Origin: an uncultured Verrucomicrobiae bacterium
Lineage (GTDB): Bacteria > Verrucomicrobiota > Verrucomicrobiia > Limisphaerales > Palsa-1400
Assembly (NCBI GenBank): GCA_963764165.1
Contig: CAVXRD010000003.1
Span: 192,001 to 256,000, forward strand
DNA length: 64,000 nt
Direction: 5' to 3'
Part shown: positions 28,957-37,559 of the stretch, piece after piece
Numbering within the stretch: the first letter of the stretch is position 1
How the letters are laid out: the number at the start of each line of letters is the position of its first letter
Notes under the pieces: generated by a model
Told to the model about the DNA's origin: nothing
Database searches by the model: none
Seen by the model: only the letters and a program-made list of their open reading frames with translations
Made by a program: the position numbers and the translations under genes

Positions 28957-29724
28957 GTGGTTTGGTAATAGCTGATAAGAGTCGAACGAAACCGTCTCAT
29001 TTCTCAATCGTGTTCTATTCACTTCGCAGTGTCAAGCAGGGTACCGGCTTCGGGAATGATGCAGTTGGACTTGGGATCGCGATCTTCTCTGTCGCCCCGG
29101 CCGGCTCACGCGAAAGCGTCTTCCCAACAATTTGTTCTGATCTCCCGCTGGCCTGCCACCATTTGGTTCATGCTCGCAAGATGCCGATGTTTTCGGCGAG
29201 ACGCCGAAAACGGCGGTCGAGACGACCGCGCTCCCCAGATCAAATCAAATTAAATGAATCGCTTCGGAGGGCGGCAGGGTTGCATTCAACCGAATTCCGT
29301 CCACCCGGATGAAATGGGGGGTGATTGAATGAGAATATTTGGGCGGACACGCAGGTCCGCCCTACCAAAATGGAGGTAGGGCGGTGCTGCGTCGCCGCCC
29401 CGATATTATTGAGAGCTTCACCCGCCTTCGGTCATTGCCGCCTATGCCGCTCCCTACGGAGCTTGGAGCATCTTTTGGGAGTCGTTTCTACAACGATGCC
29501 GCGCCTACGGCCCTTGGGTGGCTGGCGCGTTTTCCCACGGCGCTTTTATGGGTTGGAACCGGGGTTTGGGGTTCGGTTCCGAATCGAAAGGGGGAGTCAT
29601 GTATCTGCACAGTCGTCTTGAGTCCTCGGCATCTTGCCGACTGCGCAGTGTCTGGCGGCTGGACGTTTGACAGTATGGCTGGAGAGGCTTTGACTGCCAG
29701 GTTCGTTTCTGATAGAGTTCAGGC

Positions 29725-29979
29725 ATGGGAAAACAAGTCATAGTCGAAGTGCCGGAGCGCGCTGCCGAAATGTTTGGCGGCGATGACGCGCGCTTCAGCC
29801 GCGAAATGTTCGAGGCGGCGGTCGTGCAATGGTATGACGAAGGGCGCGTATCGTCGGGAAAGGGCGCCGAAATGCTGGGCTTGTCGCGCGCCGAGTTTCT
29901 TGATTTGCTCTTTCGCCACAAAGTCTCGCCTTTCCAATACACGCCGGAAGAACTTGCCGCAGAATTGAAGAGTGCCTGA
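29725..29979 (+). CDS. UPF0175 family antitoxin-like protein
   Basis: WYDEGRVSSGKGAEMLGLSRAEFLDLL; promoter TTGACT-17-TAGAGT-6-ATG. Confidence 0.85.
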   Translation: MGKQVIVEVPERAAEMFGGDDARFSREMFEAAVVQWYDEGRVSSGKGAEMLGLSRAEFLDLLFRHKVSPFQYTPEELAAELKSA

Positions 29980-30463
29980 GTCCTGGGTCATCAACGCATC
30001 ACCGGTCATCCTCCTGGCAAAAGTCGGGTTGATCGAGCATGTTCCCAAATTGGCGGAAACTTTGGTCGTTCCACAGCCGGTGGTGACAGAGATTTTAAGT
30101 CATCGCGAAAGAGATGCCGCGGCAATATGGCTGGAAACCGCGGGGAAAAATTTTGTTCGGCCGGCCGTCGCGGAATTGCGGCAATTGTCCACGACGGCAA
30201 TGGGTTTGGGCGAACGCGCCGTGATTTCATTTGCGGCGGCAAACTCTGGCTTCATTGCCGTGCTGGACGATCTTGAAGCGCGCGCGACTGCTCATCGTCT
30301 TGGAATTAGAACGCTGGGAACAGTAGGAGTCGTTTTGCGATTGAAGAACGCCGGACGGATCGCGGATGCTAAATCACATCTGCAGCAAATCAGACGAGTC
30401 GGCGGCTACATGAGCGATGAATTATTTCGCGAGGCATTGCGACAAGTTGGAGAGAGTCCTTGA
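29972..30463 (+). CDS. DUF3368 PIN-domain protein
   Basis: INASPVILL, LGERAVI, LDDLEAR, GTVGVVL. Confidence 0.85.
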   Translation: MPESWVINASPVILLAKVGLIEHVPKLAETLVVPQPVVTEILSHRERDAAAIWLETAGKNFVRPAVAELRQLSTTAMGLGERAVISFAAANSGFIAVLDDLEARATAHRLGIRTLGTVGVVLRLKNAGRIADAKSHLQQIRRVGGYMSDELFREALRQVGESP

Positions 30464-30645
30464 GCGGGTAGTCCCATTTGCGATTTTTGCAAAAGTCCTT
30501 TTCCGGCGCTCGAACCGCGCAGGCGTTCCAAAGCCTCGCGCTGCCGCGCCTCCGTCAGGGAAACCACCTGCTCGCGGACGATCCATTGCTCGTCAGGCGC
30601 GAGCTTTTTGAAATCATCCAGCAGTTTAGTCGCAATAGCCGTCAT
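30406..30645 (-). pseudogene. Small antitoxin-like gene, apparently 3'-truncated with no partner toxin
   Basis: MTAIATKLLDDFKKLAPDEQ...LRGSSAGKGLL; own promoter TTGATT-17-TAATTT-6-ATG; frame runs on into the antisense of the DUF3368 gene. Confidence 0.45.
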
Positions 30646-31248
30646 TGGAAAAAATTACCTTGAGACAGGCGAGGAATCAAGGTTCCTGACTGTTTTCAGT
30701 GGGGAGTGGATTTGTCTTTGTATTCCTCTGCGCACTCATCTTCTTTGCGCGAAAATTCTCTTCCCTCTGGTGGTGTTGACCCCTTTTCCGCGTGGTTCAG
30801 ACTCGCAAGATGCTGATGTTTTCGGCGAGACGCTGAAAACGGCGGTCGAGACGACCGCGCTCCCCATCGCTCCTGATGGCGGCAGGGTTGCATTCAACCG
30901 AATTTCGTCCGCCCGGAAGAAATGGGGGGGTGATTGAATTGGAAGCGGGTGGGAATATTTGGGCGGACACGCAGGTCCGCCCTACCAAAATGGGAGGTAG
31001 GGCGGTGCTGCGTCGCCGCCCTAATATTATTGGGAGTTCCGGACGCCGGGTAAGGGGACCCGGCCTACAATTCGGAATTTGGAATTGGCAGCGCCCCTGT
31101 AGGCCGCGCGCCTTCATGCGGCGTTCCATTATTTTGGGGAGCACACACGCCCTCGCGTGTTGTGTTCGGCGCCGTCGCCGAACACTCCGATGGGGGCGAA
31201 TCGGCGGAGGCGCCGATTGTCTGCACGCGAGGCGCGTGCGCCCCCAAC

Positions 31249-32652
31249 TCAAATCAACGGAACATAAATATCCGTGAAACCAAACGTCGGCGGCATCCCT
31301 TCCGGGCCATTCACCGCAACTAATAGCGACGGGGCCTTTCGCGCTTTGCGGCCGCTCGTGGGCAGCCATGTGTGGAATAATTTCTCGTAACCCTTGGCGA
31401 CCGAGCCAAGCGGGCAGTTCCTTGCCACCACATAATCGCCGCCCGCCAGCGTTTGCACGCGCATTGGCTTGGTGGGCGCGTAATTTTCGTCCACCGTCGC
31501 GCAGGCGTCGTAACGCAATTTTTCGGGCGGCGTGACCTTTGGATCATCCAGGGGCACGCCGATGAACGACGAATCTTTGCCGGGCTGGCCGTCCTTCTTG
31601 AGCATCGCCCTGAAATCCACCCACACCTGATGCGCTCCGTTGTATGGCCCGACATGCCGCATGTAGGCGACCCGCTGCGGCTCCAGCGTCGTCACTTCGA
31701 TCTTCATTTGCTCCGCCTTCTTTACCGCCCGCTTGGGCTGCAACGGCATATATATATCCACCCGTCGTTTCGTGTTCTCGACCGCCTTCTGGGCATCGAC
31801 CAGCACCAAAAAGCTCGGCAAAGGCCGCAATTCCCTGGCACTCCGCGCGAGCCATTTGCCGTACAAATAGTGGTAGGCGTCCTTGATTTTCCCGAACGGG
31901 CAATTTTTCGCCACTGCGTACTCGCCGCCGGGGATGGTCTGCAACGCCACCGGCTCCTTCGGCTCGTAGTCTTCTGCCACCGTGATGCAGGCATCGTAAC
32001 GAAGCTCCGCCGCCGGGGTCACCGCTGGATTATCGTGCCCAATGCCGATGAACACCGAACGCTTGCGAACCTGCTTGTCCGCCGATAGCCGCGCGACGAG
32101 ATCAATCCAAGTTTGGCTGGTTTTTTCGTATGGCCCGACGTGTCGCAAATAAGCCACACGGATCGGTTCAATCTTTTTGGCAATGACTTTCATAACTTTT
32201 GTTGTGATGTGATTTGTGTTGAATGTGGTCAAAGGAATTCCCGGACGGAAATGCACGCCGGACGGCGCGGCGAGAATGGCGATGGGGCCGGCCGCGCGGC
32301 GAAATTCCGCCGGCGAAACTCCATAAGCCGCCTTGAACGCCCGCGTGAACGCTTCATGCGCCTCGTACCCGGCGTCCAGCGCCAACTGAATCACCTGCTT
32401 CGCGCCCGACCTCAATTCCATCGCCGCCCGCTCCAGCCGCAGCCGCCGCACATAGTCGGCAATCGTCTCCCCCGTCATGGCCGCGAAGATGCGATGAAAA
32501 TGGAAACTCGAAAAACACGCCACCCGCGCCAACTCCTCCAAATCCAGGGCGTCATCCAGGTGCTTCTGGATATGCGTGAGCACGCGCAGAATGCGCTCGT
32601 GATAATCATTCCACGTTGTTTTATGCTTTGGCCGTGTGGCGTTCATCTGCAT
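31249..32652 (-). CDS. AraC family regulator with two tandem GyrI-like domains
   Basis: AraC HTH then two copies of RVAYxRHVGPY...DxPxVTP..LRYDAC...GG.Y. Confidence 0.9.
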   Translation of the reverse strand: MQMNATRPKHKTTWNDYHERILRVLTHIQKHLDDALDLEELARVACFSSFHFHRIFAAMTGETIADYVRRLRLERAAMELRSGAKQVIQLALDAGYEAHEAFTRAFKAAYGVSPAEFRRAAGPIAILAAPSGVHFRPGIPLTTFNTNHITTKVMKVIAKKIEPIRVAYLRHVGPYEKTSQTWIDLVARLSADKQVRKRSVFIGIGHDNPAVTPAAELRYDACITVAEDYEPKEPVALQTIPGGEYAVAKNCPFGKIKDAYHYLYGKWLARSARELRPLPSFLVLVDAQKAVENTKRRVDIYMPLQPKRAVKKAEQMKIEVTTLEPQRVAYMRHVGPYNGAHQVWVDFRAMLKKDGQPGKDSSFIGVPLDDPKVTPPEKLRYDACATVDENYAPTKPMRVQTLAGGDYVVARNCPLGSVAKGYEKLFHTWLPTSGRKARKAPSLLVAVNGPEGMPPTFGFTDIYVPLI

Positions 32653-32818
32653 CAAAATTAGCAAACGCAATCGTTGGCAGCTTGACTAATTTTGCGGTTT
32701 TGAAGTGCCAGCATTTCCAAACGGCCCGCTCAACCACCTGCTGCGTGGGAATTCTTTTATAACGCCTTCTCGGGGCGCACAGATTGACTCGGCGCTGTTA
32801 CTCAAGTAAATTTGTCGC

Positions 32819-33007
32819 ATGGCAAACACGAGCCAAGTTCAAAAGAACCTGCGAGCCGCAATGAAAGAGGCTTTGCGGATTCAAGACCGATTTTTGCCTG
32901 AACCTGTATTTGCCAAGACTGGCCGCGGATACCTGAAAAGCGAAGGTGTCGCGACGATGCAGAAGATCAAAAGCAATCTTCAGCGGCAGCGTTCGAAACG
33001 GAAATGA
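32819..33007 (+). CDS. Small basic protein, putative antitoxin
   Basis: 62 aa, ATGA overlap with next gene; promoter TTGACT-17-TAAATT-6-ATG. Confidence 0.6.
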   Translation: MANTSQVQKNLRAAMKEALRIQDRFLPEPVFAKTGRGYLKSEGVATMQKIKSNLQRQRSKRK

Positions 33008-33381
33008 ACAGGGTGTGGCTGCGGGACTGGCCTTGGGATACGGTGGCGACGATTAACGCGGGGCTTTGCCAACAAAAGAACGCGCTCCACAAGCCCACTT
33101 CCGATGGGTTCGAACCAACTCGATCACTCTGGAATAAGACGAGGGAGCGCAACCTGCCGCTGCGGGAGGTTCTCGATATTCTCCGCCAGTGCCATCGATT
33201 GGCGCCATTTTGCTTTTATAATGGAAACACCTTCGCAGCCATCGGCCGGATCATTATTCAAGACCTCCTCCGCAGCATGCCGGCCGAAAAAGCGTTCGCC
33301 CTGCGAAGCGTCGTTGGCCACTACATTGCAGGCACGGCGGGCGCGGACGAACTTGCACGAGTACTTGATGATGTTTTATAG
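33004..33381 (+). CDS. Fic/Doc-like small protein with atypical active-site motif
   Basis: HRLAPFCFYNGNTF resembles HxFx(D/E)GNxR; 125 aa helical. Confidence 0.55.
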   Translation: MNRVWLRDWPWDTVATINAGLCQQKNALHKPTSDGFEPTRSLWNKTRERNLPLREVLDILRQCHRLAPFCFYNGNTFAAIGRIIIQDLLRSMPAEKAFALRSVVGHYIAGTAGADELARVLDDVL

Positions 33382-33582
33382 ACCGGCCTGAACCGTCTTC
33401 CGCTTGGCCTTCTTCGTTGCCTTTGTGACCTTCTGTTCAATTTCAGTGGAAACGGCAAAGACTCTCTAAAACAAGGAAACGAAGAGCGCGATGAATTCTG
33501 TTCAGACCCGTGTTTGTCACAGGCGCCGGATTTTTCTTTTTTCATTGGCGGATTTTGGGTCTCCCTTTTACTGTGAAGCCCA

Positions 33583-34647
33583 ATGAGTGATTTATCGTTG
33601 TCCAAGCAACCACTTTCAGGCCCCGTTTCGTCTTCTTCATCGACCCTTTCCGGGGACGATGTGTCCGCGATAGATCAGTTGCGGGCCAACTATAAAGCCC
33701 TCCGCGCCGAACTTGCCAAGGTCATCATCGGCCAGGAAGTCGTGATTGAACGCCTGCTGATTTGCATTCTGGCGCGCGGCCACGGTTTGCTCATGGGCGT
33801 GCCCGGCCTCGCTAAAACCACCATTGTCAATGCGCTGGCGCAAGCGATGTCGCTCGATTTCAACCGCGTCCAATTCACGCCGGATTTGATGCCTTCCGAC
33901 ATCACCGGCACGGACATTTTGCAGGAGACGGATGTCCCCGGACGCCGAGCGTTCGTGTTCGTCAAAGGGCCGTTGTTCGCCAATATCGTTTTGGCGGACG
34001 AAATCAACCGCACGCCGCCGAAAACGCAATCCGCCCTGCTGGAAGCCATGCAGGAACATCGCGTCACGGTGGCCGGGCGATTCTTTCCCCTGCCCGCGCC
34101 GTTTTTCGTGCTCGCGACGCAAAATCCGATTGAGCAGGAAGGCACCTATCCGCTGCCCGAAGCGCAACTGGACCGTTTCATGTTTTTCATCCACGTCGAT
34201 TATCCGAGCCTGGCGGAAGAAGGCCGCATCGCCCGCGAGACGACCAGCGGCGCACCCGCGCAATTAACCAAGCTCATCAATGGCGAGCAAATCATCAGCT
34301 TTCAGGAAGTCGTGCAGCGCGTGCCGGTGCCGGATCATATCTATGACATGGCAGTCGCAATTGTGCGCAAGACCCGGCCCCGCTCCGCCGATGCGCCGGA
34401 TTGGCTCAAGAAATGGGTTTCGTGGGGCGCGGGGCCTCGTGCCGTCCAATATTTGATTCGCGGCGCCAAAGCCCGCGCCGTTCTGCACGGAAGTTATCTC
34501 GTGCGCAAAGAGGATTTGGAATCGGTGGCTGGGCCGGTATTGACGCATCGCATCCTGACGAATTTCCAGGCTCAATCCGAAGGCGTCAGCAGCGCCGATG
34601 TCGTCGTGCGCCTGCTGGCCGAAACGGGAGAAGCCAAACGTGGCTGA
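33583..34647 (+). CDS. MoxR family AAA+ ATPase
   Basis: GVPGLAKT, RVQFTPDLMPSDITG, LADEINR, ATQNPIEQEGTYPLPEAQLDRF. Confidence 0.95.
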   Translation: MSDLSLSKQPLSGPVSSSSSTLSGDDVSAIDQLRANYKALRAELAKVIIGQEVVIERLLICILARGHGLLMGVPGLAKTTIVNALAQAMSLDFNRVQFTPDLMPSDITGTDILQETDVPGRRAFVFVKGPLFANIVLADEINRTPPKTQSALLEAMQEHRVTVAGRFFPLPAPFFVLATQNPIEQEGTYPLPEAQLDRFMFFIHVDYPSLAEEGRIARETTSGAPAQLTKLINGEQIISFQEVVQRVPVPDHIYDMAVAIVRKTRPRSADAPDWLKKWVSWGAGPRAVQYLIRGAKARAVLHGSYLVRKEDLESVAGPVLTHRILTNFQAQSEGVSSADVVVRLLAETGEAKRG

Positions 34648-35545
34648 CACCGCCGAATGGCTCGATTCGCAGGTGCTCAACCGCCTGATGAATTTGACGC
34701 TGATGTCGCGCTCGGCGATGGAAGGCTCCGTTTCGGGCTTGCACAAAAGCCCGCATCGCGGCTCCAGCGTCGAGTTCGCCGAATATCGCAATTACGTTCC
34801 CGGCGACGATATCCGCCGCCTGGATTGGCGCGTGTTCGCCCGCTCCGACCGTTTCTACATGAAGGAATACGAGGCGGAGACGAACATGCGCTGCTACTAC
34901 GTGCTCGACGCCAGCGGCTCCATGAAATACGGCGACACGCCGGGCGGAAAATTGCTTTACGCCAAGCGCCTCATCGCCACGTTGGCATACATCGCCTCGC
35001 ACCAAGGCGACGCTTCGGGATTGATCTGCGCCTCGGGAAAATCCATCACGGAACTTCCGCCGCGCCGAAATCCTGCGCATCTCAAGACGCTTTTTGAAAC
35101 GCTCGGCAATACTGAAGCCAAGGGCGAAACGGGATTGATCACGGCCTTGCACGATTTGGCCGAGCGCGTTCGCCGCCGCGCGCTCATTGTGGTCGTGTCG
35201 GATTTTTTTTGCGACTTGGAACCGCTGTTGAATTGCTTTCAACATTTGCGTTTCCAAAAACATGACCTGGCGTTGTTTCAATTGCTGGATCGCTCGGAAT
35301 TGGAATTTCAATTTGACCGCCCGCTGCGATTCACGGATTTGGAAAGCTCGATGAGCGTGGTGACGGAGCCTTCGGCCATTCGCGACGAGTATTTGCGGCA
35401 AATTGGAGGATTTCTGGATGCCCTTCGCACGGGGTGCAACGAATTCGGCGCGGATTATCGGCGTGTGGTGACGGATCAGGATTACGAGCGGGTCCTGGCG
35501 GATTTCCTGGTGGAGAGGGTCACCGTGGCGGGGAGATCGCCGTAG
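34640..35545 (+). CDS. DUF58 domain (vWA-like) protein
   Basis: GSSVEFAEYRNYVPGDDIRRLDW, LDASGSM, VSDF; GTG overlapping MoxR end. Confidence 0.92.
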   Translation: MADTAEWLDSQVLNRLMNLTLMSRSAMEGSVSGLHKSPHRGSSVEFAEYRNYVPGDDIRRLDWRVFARSDRFYMKEYEAETNMRCYYVLDASGSMKYGDTPGGKLLYAKRLIATLAYIASHQGDASGLICASGKSITELPPRRNPAHLKTLFETLGNTEAKGETGLITALHDLAERVRRRALIVVVSDFFCDLEPLLNCFQHLRFQKHDLALFQLLDRSELEFQFDRPLRFTDLESSMSVVTEPSAIRDEYLRQIGGFLDALRTGCNEFGADYRRVVTDQDYERVLADFLVERVTVAGRSP

Positions 35546-35564
35546 GGATCGTCAGACGCAGTCA

Positions 35565-37559
35565 ATGACATTTCTCCAACCATTTGTATTGCTGGGCCTG
35601 CCGCTGATGCTGGTGCCGGTGATCATTCACCTGCTCAACCGGCTCCGCCACCGCCCCAAGCCGTGGGCGGCCATGCGATTCCTGCTGTCGGCCACGCGCA
35701 GTTCAACCAGCCACACGAAGCTGCGGCAATTCCTGATTCTGCTGTTCCGCGTTTTGGCGGTGGCGATGCTGATGACGTTTCTGGCGCGCCCACTGGCGGG
35801 CGGCTGGCTTGGCTGGGCGGTTTCGTCCGCGCCGGATGCGATTGTCATACTTCTTGATCGCTCGGCCAGCATGGAAGCGCAATCGGGCGGCACGACGAAA
35901 CGCGAGCAAGCCATCAAGCTGCTGTCCCAGGCCGCGCAAACGTTTGAAGGCACGAGCCATATTATTCTTATCGACAGCGCGACTCGCACGCCGCAGGAAG
36001 TCGCCAAGGCCTCCAGTCTTTCCACATTGTCCATCACAGGACCGAGCGACACCGCCGCCGATGTGCCCGCAATGCTGCGCGCCGCTTTTGACTGGCTGGT
36101 GGAAAATCGCGCGGGCACGGCGGAAATCTGGCTCGCCTCCGACGATCAGCGGAGCAACTGGCATCCCGACGATCCGCGTTGGAAGAATGTAATCGCGCAA
36201 ATTGGAGGCTTGTCACAGAAGGTTCGCATTCGCCTGCTGCAATTAAATCAACCGCCGGAAGCCAACACTTCCATCGCCATCCGCGAAATGGCCCGGAGGC
36301 CGCGCGGCGCGAAATCGGAGCTTGAGGCTGTGATCGACATCCAGCGCAATCGCCAGGCTGGCGAGAAGGTTCCTGTCTCGATGATTCTGGACGGCCAGCA
36401 TTCCGAGACCGACGTTGCGTGCGAAGGCCAAACCTTCCGGTGGCGGCGAAAGATCGATTTGGGTGGGCGCAAAGACGGCGGCTGGGGCGGTTTCTCTCTC
36501 CCGGCGGATGCCAATCTTCGCGATAATTCAACGTGGTTTGTTTATGGCGCGGACAAGCCGTTGCGCGCGATGGTGGTCAGTTCCGACCCGGATGTTTCGC
36601 GCATCCTTCAATTGGCTTCCGCCTCGCACAATGCCGAGCCGGCCCAGGTCATCACGCCTTCCGATCTCCCGAACGTCAGCTTCACGAATTGCTCGCTGTT
36701 GCTGTGGCAGGCCCCGCTGCCCGAAAATTCGCAAGCCGACGCCGTGCGCACCTTCGCGGATGAAGGCGGTGTGGTGGTCTTTTTTCCTCCCGGCGAAAAT
36801 GCCGCGAGACAATTCGACGGCGTGGCGTGGGGCGACCCGCAAACTTCTGACACCAAGGATGGCTACCGAATTCTGCGCTGGAATGAAGACGAAGGCCCGC
36901 TGGCCAAAAGCGACGAACACTTGAGCATTCCGCTCGCTCAAACGGCGTTTCTCAAACGTCAGTCGCTGATTGGGCAAAAAAATGTCATGGCGTCGTTTGA
37001 AGATGGCGCGCCGTTTCTTACGCGCGAGAATATCGGGCGCGGCACGATTTATTTTTGCGCCTCCCTCCCCCGCACGGATTGGTCGAGCTTGAGCGACGGG
37101 CCGGTGATTGTGCCGATGCTGCAACGCCTGCTCGCCGCCGGCGGGCGCCGATTGCAAATTGACACCACTGCCAACTGCGGCGAATTGGGCTCGGTCGAAT
37201 TGGCCAAGCAATGGGTTTCCGTCGATTCGGCCAAGCCGAAGGATATTCGCGTGGAATCCGGCGTGTATAAGAACGGTGACCGCCTTCTGGCCGTGAATCG
37301 CCCTGCGGCCGAGGACGAAACGGAAGTCGTCACCACGGAGGAGGCGCAAAGTCTTTTCGGCACGCTGCCCGTGCAAACTTTGGAAGAGCGCAAAACGAAC
37401 GTGGAACAAATTCAAGGGGAAGTCTGGCGGCTCTTTGTCTTCGCCATGCTGTTCTTTTTGATCGCGGAAGGCTTTCTGGTGATGCCAGCGAAACAGGCCG
37501 CCCCAATCACGAATGGGCGCACGCCGAAACCGCAGCGGCGGGAGGAGCAGCCCGCGTGA
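35565..37559 (+). CDS. BatA N-terminal domain + vWA membrane protein
   Basis: MTFLQP...PVIIHLLNR...WAAMRFL...LARP; LDRSASM; C-terminal TM. Confidence 0.88.
   Translation: MTFLQPFVLLGLPLMLVPVIIHLLNRLRHRPKPWAAMRFLLSATRSSTSHTKLRQFLILLFRVLAVAMLMTFLARPLAGGWLGWAVSSAPDAIVILLDRSASMEAQSGGTTKREQAIKLLSQAAQTFEGTSHIILIDSATRTPQEVAKASSLSTLSITGPSDTAADVPAMLRAAFDWLVENRAGTAEIWLASDDQRSNWHPDDPRWKNVIAQIGGLSQKVRIRLLQLNQPPEANTSIAIREMARRPRGAKSELEAVIDIQRNRQAGEKVPVSMILDGQHSETDVACEGQTFRWRRKIDLGGRKDGGWGGFSLPADANLRDNSTWFVYGADKPLRAMVVSSDPDVSRILQLASASHNAEPAQVITPSDLPNVSFTNCSLLLWQAPLPENSQADAVRTFADEGGVVVFFPPGENAARQFDGVAWGDPQTSDTKDGYRILRWNEDEGPLAKSDEHLSIPLAQTAFLKRQSLIGQKNVMASFEDGAPFLTRENIGRGTIYFCASLPRTDWSSLSDGPVIVPMLQRLLAAGGRRLQIDTTANCGELGSVELAKQWVSVDSAKPKDIRVESGVYKNGDRLLAVNRPAAEDETEVVTTEEAQSLFGTLPVQTLEERKTNVEQIQGEVWRLFVFAMLFFLIAEGFLVMPAKQAAPITNGRTPKPQRREEQPA

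Larger units (their letters stand above)
29164..31039. repeat. ~250-bp composite direct repeats (29164-29419 and 30793-31039) flanking the UPF0175-DUF3368 TA cassette
   Basis: Collinear near-identical blocks with two short indels; contain GGGCGGACACGCAGGTCCGCCCTACC and GGTAGGGCGGTGCTGCGTCGCCGCCC. Confidence 0.9.

Noticed and set aside
25100..33500. Classical integron
   Set aside because: No tyrosine recombinase in the window, cassette-like genes are in mixed orientation, and no convincing canonical attC boxes were seen.
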